Source of the DNA: a virus
Taxonomy: Duplodnaviria > Caudoviricetes
Virus record (IMG/VR): IMGVR_UViG_3300032280_000028
Span: 1 to 41,333 of that record
DNA length: 41,333 nt
Reading direction: 5' to 3' (one strand)
How positions within the stretch are numbered: position 1 is the first letter of the stretch; the number at the start of each line of letters is the position of its first letter. The notes under the pieces were generated by a model. The model was not told where the DNA came from. It saw only the letters and a program-made list of their open reading frames with translations, and did not search any database. Position numbers and translations under genes: made by a program. Positions 7,218 through 15,289 of the stretch are shown here, in pieces.

Positions 7218-7576
7218 GAGAGATCCATACTTGTTCGGACAGAAGTACCGATCGAGCGAGCGATATCTACCTGTGTTCGGATACGAGAGGCATTGGCCCG
7301 GGCTGCTCTGACAAGAGCTTCGGCCGTTGCCATTTTCATGTGAAGTTCCTCAGTAGCAACCAAAGCCAAATCTGCTTTGTCCGATACTGTGACTTTCATA
7401 TCTTTCTTGTTAGCGACCGATAAACGAGCGTGAGCAAGAGACAATTCGTATTTAGCCTTTGTCTCATAGTAATTGCGCTCGGCCTCAGCCAGATCTGCGT
7501 GAGATTGATCTACTTCCTTTGATAGCTCTTTAAGACGGCGCTCAATCATCTCCGGTGTAATTATTTGATTACTCAT
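7214..7576 (-). CDS. coiled-coil protein of the recombination module (120 aa)
   Basis: Helical heptad-like sequence, GGAGAGG RBS. Confidence 0.7.
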   Translation of the reverse strand: MSNQIITPEMIERRLKELSKEVDQSHADLAEAERNYYETKAKYELSLAHARLSVANKKDMKVTVSDKADLALVATEELHMKMATAEALVRAARANASRIRTQVDIARSIGTSVRTSMDLS

Positions 7577-7669
7577 TTACCTCTCCTCCGAACATTAAGG
7601 CCGTGAAGATTGAGGTTGATCTGCGCTTTATGACATAGATCCGAAAGCCAAAAAATAACTCGTACATAA

Positions 7670-7900
7670 CTAGATCTCATCATCAGGCTTCCACATTTCT
7701 CCCAAGAACTCTTCCAAAATATGATTGAGGGTATGTAGATCGTGGAAAGTGACCCCGGCGATACTCAATTTACCGCCCATATAGTTCTCAACCGCAAGGA
7801 CCAATTCTTGTGAGTGTTGTTCCCACTTGAAAGAGATAGATCCGGCATCCATATCGTAAGTGCGATCCGTACTCCAACCGCCAAATCTAGTTGTCGCCAT
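7670..7900 (-). CDS. hypothetical protein (76 aa)
   Basis: ORF with GGAGG RBS. Confidence 0.7.
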   Translation of the reverse strand: MATTRFGGWSTDRTYDMDAGSISFKWEQHSQELVLAVENYMGGKLSIAGVTFHDLHTLNHILEEFLGEMWKPDDEI

Positions 7901-8132
7901 TAGGAACTACCTCCAAGTTCTTTTTGTTCTTTTGCTGGAGGATTACTTTGCCGGAGTCGGCAGATATATCGAACGGATCTGTGACAAGACTTAGCCCAAC
8001 GGCCTCAAGAACCTGCGCGATTTCATAGGGATCTTGGTCAAGCTTCGAGGCAAGCGCGTGGATACGACCAATGTGTTCGTGGATCGTAACGATATAGCCC
8101 ACCGGTGGATTGAATTTATTTTCTTTACTCAT
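7887..8132 (-). CDS. hypothetical protein (81 aa)
   Basis: Start MSKENK at 8132 overlaps the upstream stop (ATGA). Confidence 0.7.
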   Translation of the reverse strand: MSKENKFNPPVGYIVTIHEHIGRIHALASKLDQDPYEIAQVLEAVGLSLVTDPFDISADSGKVILQQKNKKNLEVVPNGDN

Positions 8133-8443
8133 AACAACATATCTCCTTCTGCTGCTCGCCAAACGATGCAGTCTTGTTGGTTGTAGTTTTTGCGTGTAGT
8201 TCCTGTGTCGATCAAATACCCGTCTTTGACAAGCGAACCGCGAGTGGGTCTCAGCGTATTGCCTGATATTTGCAGAGCTATCTCAACCTCTTGATCCGTT
8301 GCGCCTCTAAGACCACGATCTACAAAGTAGTCATAGACCTTTCGGCGAATAGTTCCCGTACGAGGCAGAGCAGACAGAGCTGCTGCGACTGATGTGCGCT
8401 GAGCGTTCTTAGCGATTAAGACCGAGTTACGATCTACGCTCAT
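8129..8443 (-). CDS. winged HTH DNA-binding protein
   Basis: GATDQEVEIALQISGNTLRPTRGSLVKDGYLIDTG. Confidence 0.75.
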   Translation of the reverse strand: MSVDRNSVLIAKNAQRTSVAAALSALPRTGTIRRKVYDYFVDRGLRGATDQEVEIALQISGNTLRPTRGSLVKDGYLIDTGTTRKNYNQQDCIVWRAAEGDMLL

Positions 8444-8997
8444 GACTCAAGCTGCTTCTTCTTGATATTGACCGCGCTAAGAAGGCTTACGCCGTCTATC
8501 TTGCACTCTCCAAGATCTTTGTATTCTTCCCAAACGAGTTTGAGAGCTTCGACTGTGGGCGCTTCACCGAATAACACAAGTGCTTTAGTCGCTTTTGCGA
8601 TCTCTTCTTCGCTATAAACTCGAGCCGGCTCTGCCTCTTTAACTGGCTTGCGCGGTTCTTCGGAGTATCGCTGAACCTTTTCCATTTCTTCTTTGCTAGG
8701 GCGCTTGCCAAGAGAGGCAAAACCGCAATTGGCTAGACTGCGCCCAATCGAACTGGTTTCGCAGTTCTCCAAAGCCGAGGTTCTATTGACGGGAGAAGCT
8801 CCAACTATCTCCTCAGCGTATCCGGTGGCTACCGGGGTGTGATCTTCTCTATCGAAATAGATCTCTGAATAAACAATAAATCTGCGTTCATCGTGGAACT
8901 CTAATTTAGTGAGAACGCGCCCGTTTGGATGTGCCTCCCAGAACCGGGCAAGGCGGGTTTCAACTGTGTCGTACGCCTCGAGATCGAACTTTGCCAT
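8440..8997 (-). CDS. ssDNA-annealing (Rad52/Sak-like) recombinase
   Basis: Y..VETRLARFW..HPNGR...ATGYAEE...SALENCETSSIGRSLANCG; start MAKF at 8997 behind GGAAGG; upstream of the exonuclease. Confidence 0.7.
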   Translation of the reverse strand: MAKFDLEAYDTVETRLARFWEAHPNGRVLTKLEFHDERRFIVYSEIYFDREDHTPVATGYAEEIVGASPVNRTSALENCETSSIGRSLANCGFASLGKRPSKEEMEKVQRYSEEPRKPVKEAEPARVYSEEEIAKATKALVLFGEAPTVEALKLVWEEYKDLGECKIDGVSLLSAVNIKKKQLES

Positions 8998-9144
8998 AAC
9001 TATCCTTCCGTTGGGGGAACGCTTGTGCGCTCCTGTTAGGCACAAGTATCCCGATAGATTACGGATCTCCCGGGATTGCCACGCCGGCGAGTCGCCTGTA
9101 ATGTGTGCAAAGGTGAGAGAATAAAGGAGTCTAAGGAGTCCAAA

Positions 9145-9345
9145 ATGACCGCTCGAGTTCATATCAGTCTTTTTAATCTGATCGTAGAGTTAGAATCCGA
9201 TAACGCATATCCAGATCAAATGACGGATATGAGTAATCGCACTCTCAATCTATTCCAGAACGCTCTTTTGACCGCCAAAGAGACTGGTATAGATATCACC
9301 GAGATAGCTCTGCTTGAGTTAGACGAAGACGAAGACGATTACTGA
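9145..9345 (+). CDS. small acidic protein (66 aa), only convincing plus-strand gene
   Basis: Two AAGGAG motifs before ATG 9145; MTARVHISLFNLIVELESD...LELDEDEDDY; fills the gap between minus-strand genes. Confidence 0.7.
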   Translation: MTARVHISLFNLIVELESDNAYPDQMTDMSNRTLNLFQNALLTAKETGIDITEIALLELDEDEDDY

Positions 9346-9974
9346 TCTGCTTGGATCATAAACTGGCGTAACCAAGATCTTCCAGCAGCGTTGATCGCGT
9401 CTTGAGTCTTAGTTCGCTTTTTGTCTCCCCACGAATAGTTCTCCAATCCCTCCAGCGATAATTTTTTTCTAGTCTTCATTGGAGGCAGAGCTTCTAACGG
9501 GTGGTCTATTGCAAAGTCTCGATAGGCCAGTTGTTCTGATCGAGTGGGATATAGCGGTTGATCTGATCGCAAAGATCCGGAGGGATCTACCGCCCACCAA
9601 AGTAATCCATTTCGTTGATGCCATGTAATCGAACTAGGAGTGCAAGACATTTTTAACCTAGTCACTCCGCGTTCTAACACCGCATAATTTATCCAGATCT
9701 CCCAGATCCTCGAAGCGTATCCGTTTCCTTCTTGGCCTTGAATCGTGACTATCTCGTATAGGTTGGAATAGGTATCGCGGTTGTAAGTAGCGAAGATCAA
9801 AGAGACTACTTCCCCATTGACCTCCAGAGCCATTGGCGGAGTCTTCTCATAATTCTTGAATCGATACCAAAGAGAGTGAGCCGAGGATAGAAACTTCGTG
9901 TTTGTTCCTTTTGGCGAGGTCTTTACGATCTCCTCTACTTGAGTGAAATCTAAGAACTTAATTGCCTCGTTCAT
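9339..9974 (-). CDS. GNAT-fold acyltransferase
   Basis: Motif A-like NLYEIVTIQGQEGNGYASRI followed by RLKMSCTPSSITWHQRNG. Confidence 0.75.
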   Translation of the reverse strand: MNEAIKFLDFTQVEEIVKTSPKGTNTKFLSSAHSLWYRFKNYEKTPPMALEVNGEVVSLIFATYNRDTYSNLYEIVTIQGQEGNGYASRIWEIWINYAVLERGVTRLKMSCTPSSITWHQRNGLLWWAVDPSGSLRSDQPLYPTRSEQLAYRDFAIDHPLEALPPMKTRKKLSLEGLENYSWGDKKRTKTQDAINAAGRSWLRQFMIQADQ

Positions 9975-10670
9975 CTACCGATCTTTCTGAGCTTCGCTAA
10001 ATGTTCGGCCGGCTAGTCGCTTTCTAAATTGTGGAATATTGTTTTGAGGTATTCCGATCTTGTTGGAAGGCAAAGTGATAGCCAATAGATCTGAGTCAGA
10101 TTGATTGCTATATCCAGCGTCTAATATTGCGGCATCGTTAGGAAATACATCAGCGTGACGATCATTTTCCAAATCGACAAGGTGATCCTCCCGGCCTCCA
10201 AGAGAGTATAGATACCTAAAATTAGGAGGGCAATTAGGCTCAACTACTCTCTTAAACATTGAGACCTCTTTGGTATAGCAATAGAAAGTGACTTCCGGAG
10301 TTAGCAGAGCTATCTTGAGCCACAGGCGCAGGTATTCTTCCGAAAAAAAATCTCCTGAATCGTGTATGCGAATAAACTTTCCGCGCTTCTTTGGGTGCTG
10401 AACCTCAGCCAGCATTTGACCAAACCAGCCTTCGGGATCTTCTATTATGTATTCTAAGTTTTGAGTGTGCCGACCTTTTACATTACTGAAATTGTAAGTG
10501 CCGTTACGGGCATAGCAAACAGTCGCGCAAGCACCGGCGTTAGGACAAGTCTTTACATTTGTTCCATTAGATAATTTTACGGCAAGCGCGGGTATCGCCC
10601 AATTAAAGATCCCGTCAGGGCGAAGCTCTGAGTTTTGAGTTAGCAATTTCTCTGGTCTTAGTCCAGCCAT
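9975..10670 (-). CDS. GP88-like protein with a three-Cys motif
   Basis: TCPNAGACATVCYA, FIRIHDSGDFFS, FYCYTK, PPNF. Confidence 0.75.
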   Translation of the reverse strand: MAGLRPEKLLTQNSELRPDGIFNWAIPALAVKLSNGTNVKTCPNAGACATVCYARNGTYNFSNVKGRHTQNLEYIIEDPEGWFGQMLAEVQHPKKRGKFIRIHDSGDFFSEEYLRLWLKIALLTPEVTFYCYTKEVSMFKRVVEPNCPPNFRYLYSLGGREDHLVDLENDRHADVFPNDAAILDAGYSNQSDSDLLAITLPSNKIGIPQNNIPQFRKRLAGRTFSEAQKDR

Positions 10671-11689
10671 ACTTTGTACCCCGCAGTCACTCGACCTTGT
10701 ATTGGATCTATGAAATGTAATCGTTGAGAAGGAGTAGCGCTTGCAGCGAGCATTACGCCAGCATAACGATTATCCGACTCAGTAGATCCGGTTTGATAAA
10801 CAGATCCAAGGCCGTTAGGCAGCGCCCACTCATTGTGTGTGTGATAGTGACCTATGTAGCAATCTCGAAATTGCCAAGGATAAGATCCAGATAGCCAACG
10901 AGATACATGGCTTACGATTGCTCCGGGTGAAGCGAATCCGTTACGGCCTACTTCGTCTCCGTGAATAAGTAACGCACGATAATTACCAATCTCAACTCGC
11001 TGAATATCCTCGGGGCAATCTTGCCAAGTCAGGCGCTTTTCTCCGGCCAAGAGCTGCTTTGCTAACTCGTAGCACATACGATCAAAGTTATCGGATCGAG
11101 GAACATTGTCGCGTTTAGATCCAATACGGCCGTGATTACCCCACTCCGGAACTACTGTGACTTTTTCATAATTAGATAGGGCTACTCGAACGACATCTAC
11201 GCAAAGGCGCGAGACATTGACATATTGCTCAAACAAAGTCGCATCTACCTCGAACGCTTGAGTTGGGAAATTGAACAAACCTTCCACCATATCGCCACCG
11301 AATAATATGTAGCACTCTCGCACCGGGTGATCGGCTCTTTGGATCTCAGTAATCTTGATCGCTTTATCGGCAAACTCTAATACGCGCTTGCGCATAATCT
11401 CGGAGTTGTAAGTAGTAGTTCTCTTAGCGCCTTGCCAATCGGTCATATGCCACAACGCTACTTCGGCTTTCTTTTTAGATTTATCTGCCGGCGGAGCTTC
11501 GACCAAAGGAACTTTACCCATAGATAGCATTGCGTCATAAGCAGCCTGTTGCGTGGTCTCTACTAGATCTTCTGTACGCTCTTTGGCTTTTTTAAGTTGC
11601 TTTTGTAACCGAACAATAATCTGCCTAAGTTCCACTACTTCTTCTGGTAACTCCGGCGGTGCGTTTTCTAATTGATCTCTAAGACTCAT
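10658..11689 (-). CDS. calcineurin-like metallophosphoesterase with N-terminal coiled coil
   Basis: TDWQ, GGDMVEG, GNHGR, IHGD, GHYH motifs. Confidence 0.85.
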   Translation of the reverse strand: MSLRDQLENAPPELPEEVVELRQIIVRLQKQLKKAKERTEDLVETTQQAAYDAMLSMGKVPLVEAPPADKSKKKAEVALWHMTDWQGAKRTTTYNSEIMRKRVLEFADKAIKITEIQRADHPVRECYILFGGDMVEGLFNFPTQAFEVDATLFEQYVNVSRLCVDVVRVALSNYEKVTVVPEWGNHGRIGSKRDNVPRSDNFDRMCYELAKQLLAGEKRLTWQDCPEDIQRVEIGNYRALLIHGDEVGRNGFASPGAIVSHVSRWLSGSYPWQFRDCYIGHYHTHNEWALPNGLGSVYQTGSTESDNRYAGVMLAASATPSQRLHFIDPIQGRVTAGYKVWLD

Positions 11690-11933
11690 AATCTGCTATC
11701 TCTTTCCCGTGTTGGGTATAGCCCTGCTTGTCTATCCAAGAGTCGGTATGCGAGCCATTTTGGAACAGTCGTACAGTCTTTAGTGTATCCATAAGTAAGG
11801 CTACTTGGTACGCCGGAATGGGCGAGATCCCGAGCAAAGTTCCCCAAATAACTCCTATGTCCGTAAAGTTCTTATAGGCATCTCCGTATTGAGATTGGCG
11901 TTGGCTCAGAACATCATCTAGTTCTTCGGACAC
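11679..11933 (-). CDS. DUF6378-like small helical protein
   Basis: RQSQYGD...NF..IG.IW...V.LLM..LK..R.......DSWID..GY pattern. Confidence 0.7.
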   Translation of the reverse strand: MSEELDDVLSQRQSQYGDAYKNFTDIGVIWGTLLGISPIPAYQVALLMDTLKTVRLFQNGSHTDSWIDKQGYTQHGKEIADYES

Positions 11934-12154
11934 TTACAAACACCAGTTCTGTGCGCTCTGATTGCTTCGTTGCTGGTCTTGTAGCCTTCGGATCGCAACG
12001 CTTGAAGTATGACCCTTTGAGAGATCTCTTTCTTCCAAGCTTCGTCCAATGCTTTTCTCTCGTCTTCCGGCATATTGTTCAACATCTTTTGGTAAGTGCA
12101 AACACCGCCGTGAAGATTATTATTTATCGTGCTGATCTTGTCTGCTAATCCCAT
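11918..12154 (-). CDS. hypothetical protein, possible HTH/Zn (78 aa)
   Basis: AGGAGG RBS; C-terminal H...C.C. Confidence 0.7.
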   Translation of the reverse strand: MGLADKISTINNNLHGGVCTYQKMLNNMPEDERKALDEAWKKEISQRVILQALRSEGYKTSNEAIRAHRTGVCKCPKN

Positions 12155-12188
12155 AATTGCCTCCTGTGGTCAAGCGTAACTTAACATA

Positions 12189-12232
12189 GGCAAAAAGAAA
12201 ACCCCGAGGAACGGCTCGGGGTCTTCTTTGCC
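12189..12232 (-). terminator. rho-independent terminator ending the late/lysis operon (possibly bidirectional)
   Basis: ACCCCGAG-N6-CTCGGGGT stem followed by TTTCTTTTT on the minus strand and CTTCTTT on the plus strand. Confidence 0.85.
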
Positions 12233-12240
12233 TTGCGTGC

Positions 12241-12483
12241 TTATTTAGTTTTTTTCTTACTGGCTTTAGCCAATTTATCGATCTCTACCATAGCGAGATC
12301 TGCGACCTTGCCAAAAGCGGGATCTTTAGGATTGATTGCTCTGATTGCGACCGGCACGACTGCGCTAAGTCCAGCTGCAAGTAGAACCTTCCAGCCTGTC
12401 TCACCAGTAGCATAAACTGCGATCGCAGCAGCTAGAAAAGAACGAGCGTAAGAGGCCAACATTGCTTGGATCTTCTTGTTCAT
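12241..12483 (-). CDS. holin (2 TM)
   Basis: Two hydrophobic segments, INPKDPAFG, basic C-terminus, follows the endolysin. Confidence 0.75.
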   Translation of the reverse strand: MNKKIQAMLASYARSFLAAAIAVYATGETGWKVLLAAGLSAVVPVAIRAINPKDPAFGKVADLAMVEIDKLAKASKKKTK

Positions 12484-12485
12484 AT

Positions 12486-12956
12486 TTACTCCTTTGGTCG
12501 AGCGATTGCCATAATCGTAGCGTAAGTGCGTCTCTTTAGGTAGAAGCCGTCTCCGTTTGATTGGCTACCCTTTTTATCTGCTGAGGTATTGCCCTCATAT
12601 ACTTGTAAATACTTGAGAGTTTTATGGTGAAATTTAACAATGCCCACATGATCTGGCTGAGCGTCTTCATCAAATTGGAAGAACACTAGATCTCCGCGTT
12701 GGGCTTGACCGACAGGTACGAGTTGATTGTTCTTAGTTAGGTACTTGAGCCAAGCATCGCAGCTCGCATAGCCCTTTGGCTTGTCGGATACAGACTTGAT
12801 CGCGCCGGCATCAAAATACATCTTAGAGGCGCTCATAGCGCACCAAGGCTGATTGTTCAGGCCAAACCACTTACCGAACTTAGTGTCATTATTGCCGGTC
12901 TCTTGGTAGCCAAGATCCGCTTCGCATAGCGCTAGTAATTTATTGACATCTATCAT
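12486..12956 (-). CDS. CHAP-domain endolysin
   Basis: QPWCAM...GDLVFFQF...DHVGIV...EGNT catalytic Cys/His pattern. Confidence 0.88.
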   Translation of the reverse strand: MIDVNKLLALCEADLGYQETGNNDTKFGKWFGLNNQPWCAMSASKMYFDAGAIKSVSDKPKGYASCDAWLKYLTKNNQLVPVGQAQRGDLVFFQFDEDAQPDHVGIVKFHHKTLKYLQVYEGNTSADKKGSQSNGDGFYLKRRTYATIMAIARPKE

Positions 12957-13237
12957 TTTATTTCCTTCTCTATTTCCTCCGTTGGAGGCTTGGGTTTTGA
13001 TTTTAGTCCATTAGCGCTAAGTATGCCGGATAGTGTTCCGGTCAAAAATACGCATAGCGTAGAAACTAGATCTATGAAAGCTGCGTCATTAGGCGCTTGC
13101 GCCATAGGTTGAGTCACAAACACCAACGCGTAAAGCATCGCAAATACTGATCCGGCAAACACTAAGGCTAACAATATGCCTATTGTGACTATGAGCCTCG
13201 CGTGGAGTTCTTCCGGGGTCAATCTTTTTCTAGCCAT
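12953..13237 (-). CDS. 2-TM membrane protein in the lysis cassette (94 aa)
   Basis: Start MARKRL at 13237 behind GGAGG; two TM helices flanking QPM.QAPND. Confidence 0.75.
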   Translation of the reverse strand: MARKRLTPEELHARLIVTIGILLALVFAGSVFAMLYALVFVTQPMAQAPNDAAFIDLVSTLCVFLTGTLSGILSANGLKSKPKPPTEEIEKEIK

Positions 13238-13409
13238 TAAATACCTCCGGCAATAGATCCTTCGTGCATTGTCCGACCGCTTCGCATTGAGGAGGATTGC
13301 ACTCAGCCTTCTCCCAATTAGCGAACTCTTGACAAGGGTAGCGCGTATAGCCCTGATACCCACACCCGCTTAGGCTAAGAGCGATTAACAAGCAAACGAT
13401 AGATCTCAT
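13230..13409 (-). CDS. Cys-rich lipoprotein (59 aa)
   Basis: Manual: MRSIVCLLIALSLSG-CGYQGYTRYPCQEFANWEKAECNPPQCEAVGQCTKDLLPEVFNG; lipobox LSGC. Confidence 0.7.
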   Translation of the reverse strand: MRSIVCLLIALSLSGCGYQGYTRYPCQEFANWEKAECNPPQCEAVGQCTKDLLPEVFNG

Positions 13410-13593
13410 CTACGCGCTCTTCCAATCGCTTGATAGTGTCGCCTTGCCTCGTTTGTTCGTCTCGCATAGAGCTTCCAGAGTTTGGTTTAAGTTCGATCAA
13501 ATAATGCTTAACTAGAAATCGAACGCCTATTGCCAAAGATCCTACGAGAGTCGTCACGGCTACGGCTAGGCCAGCCCAATCTGATGCAGTCAT
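13375..13593 (-). CDS. single-TM membrane protein with coiled coil (lysis-associated)
   Basis: N-terminal TM, ELKPNSGSSMRD motif, C-terminal heptads. Confidence 0.75.
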   Translation of the reverse strand: MTASDWAGLAVAVTTLVGSLAIGVRFLVKHYLIELKPNSGSSMRDEQTRQGDTIKRLEERVDEIYRLLVNRS

Positions 13594-13611
13594 GGCCGTA
13601 ATAATAACGGA

Positions 13612-13839
13612 TTACAAAGCGGTTTGAGTCAATTTAAACCAAGCGCTTCCGTTCCAATACACCAAGCGCTGAGAGTTTGTATCGTAAAAAATATCTCCCT
13701 GACGAGGATTGCTCGGCGTAGAAGTAGCAAAATTGACTACCGGCGCAGTAAATCTTTGCGCGGTCTCGAGTTTATTAAGTCGCGCATAAATATCTTGAGC
13801 AAAAATACGAAGATCAAACGGCTGATTTATGTACCCCAT
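13612..13839 (-). CDS. small tail-associated protein
   Basis: Short coiled coil then TPSNPRQGDIFYDT...YWNGSAW fibre-type motif. Confidence 0.65.
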   Translation of the reverse strand: MGYINQPFDLRIFAQDIYARLNKLETAQRFTAPVVNFATSTPSNPRQGDIFYDTNSQRLVYWNGSAWFKLTQTAL

Positions 13840-14933
13840 TACGCACCTGTTCCTTGAGTTAGCGTAAGCGTAACGCGTTCTGGGCCGTCTTCGCCCGGTT
13901 CTACTGTTAAACCCACTATGCGGTATAACTCATCTAAGCCGTTAGGAAAGCGCACATCGCGGATCATAATTCGAGCATCGTCTCCAATGTCGTATGTTCC
14001 AAACTCCGGATCTACAAAGGGAGGCACAACGAGTTTAAGAGTAGTTGGAGGATAGGCGACCGCTAGAACTTGGCCGTCAGCAAGCTGCTGGAGAACCACA
14101 TCGTCATCTATGTCCGAGTAATTAGCGCTATCTTCTAAGAGCGCCCAGCCCTCAGCGAACTTAGCCGTATCTTGGGCTATGGCGATTAGTTTGCCCTCGT
14201 TAGATCCCGCTCCAAGAGCATAAATAGTGTTTGCTGCCGTAGCTCCGTCTTCGGGATACTCGTACTCGACTGTGTTGCCGGCCGGAAAGATCCAGACCGG
14301 GATATTGAGAGGGTCGCCGGATCTAGGAAAGTAAGTATTGAAAGCCTTTACGGGTAGCCCGGTGATGTCGTCATAATAAACATCTACGCGGAAATCAAAG
14401 CCGTCTAACTGACGCGATAGATCTTGAATAGCGCCAAAGACCGATTTGAGTTCGTAGTCGTAATACACGCGATCCACAAGAACGCCGGAAGTAGTCTCGC
14501 CTTCGGTATTGAGAAGTAGGCCAATGTCTCCGTTAGGAACGGCCTGAGCAGCGGTGATGATGTCGCTGGCTATCACGAGTTGATCTTCCTCAAAATAATC
14601 TATGGTCTCAATAATTCTTCGGCGCTCAAAATAGGAAATAAACTCACGCGCCTGAATAGATAATTGTTGCTCAGTAGAGTTATACGATCTGCCCCAGATT
14701 ACTCCGCCCCATACCAAAATCCCATTACGATCTACATAAATAGCGTTTTTCATAGGAATTGTAGCTTCGTCAATATTGAACTCAGCGGTGTTTATTCCGC
14801 CAATAAGAATATGACCTTGGAAGTTGCCGGCTTGATTTAACTGTTGAGTAAAAGAGACCCCGGTAAAAGGAAGCTCTGCGACAATCTCATTTGTGACTAG
14901 ATTGGCTATAAGATAGCGATAGGTAGTGGTCAC
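13839..14933 (-). CDS. minor tail/baseplate hub protein (ReqiPepy6 gp37-like)
   Basis: AELP..GVSFT..LN.AG, VWGGVIW, Y.IGD, YRIVG pattern; tail-module position. Confidence 0.75.
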   Translation of the reverse strand: MTTTYRYLIANLVTNEIVAELPFTGVSFTQQLNQAGNFQGHILIGGINTAEFNIDEATIPMKNAIYVDRNGILVWGGVIWGRSYNSTEQQLSIQAREFISYFERRRIIETIDYFEEDQLVIASDIITAAQAVPNGDIGLLLNTEGETTSGVLVDRVYYDYELKSVFGAIQDLSRQLDGFDFRVDVYYDDITGLPVKAFNTYFPRSGDPLNIPVWIFPAGNTVEYEYPEDGATAANTIYALGAGSNEGKLIAIAQDTAKFAEGWALLEDSANYSDIDDDVVLQQLADGQVLAVAYPPTTLKLVVPPFVDPEFGTYDIGDDARIMIRDVRFPNGLDELYRIVGLTVEPGEDGPERVTLTLTQGTGA

Positions 14934-15289
14934 GCAACTTCAACCCACGCTAAATCTGCTTCACTCCATAAATAATATTTGCCGTCTATTGGTCGAGAAA
15001 TAGGCGCTTCCCATTGGCAATTATCTTCGTTTAATACCCAAGACTCGTAAGGTTTTGAAGCAATAAAAGCATCACGAATTGGATCGTACAAACCATTAAT
15101 AACCGCGTAATTTTTACGGAAGTTTCCGTTGTAGGAGGTTTGGATCCATCTACCGCCCAAAAGATCAACGCAAAAGTCAATACCTTTTTGTTCTAATTCG
15201 TTACCATTTTCATCAAGCAACTCGTTGTTATGCACAACAATTACTTGTTTAACTATATTGTTTTCATCGAGTTCTGCAAAGTGTGCCAT
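14930..15289 (-). CDS. conserved partner of glycine-rich tail proteins (MAHFAEL family)
   Basis: Start at 15289 (TAATG); WIQTSYN..FRKNYA, YD..RDAFI..KPY.SW.LNE..C.WEAP. Confidence 0.7.
   Translation of the reverse strand: MAHFAELDENNIVKQVIVVHNNELLDENGNELEQKGIDFCVDLLGGRWIQTSYNGNFRKNYAVINGLYDPIRDAFIASKPYESWVLNEDNCQWEAPISRPIDGKYYLWSEADLAWVEVA

Noticed and set aside
7569-7667. 32-aa ORF MYELFFGFRIYVIKRRSTSIFTALMFGGEVNE
   Set aside because: Fills a gap but has no clear RBS or motif; too weak to call.
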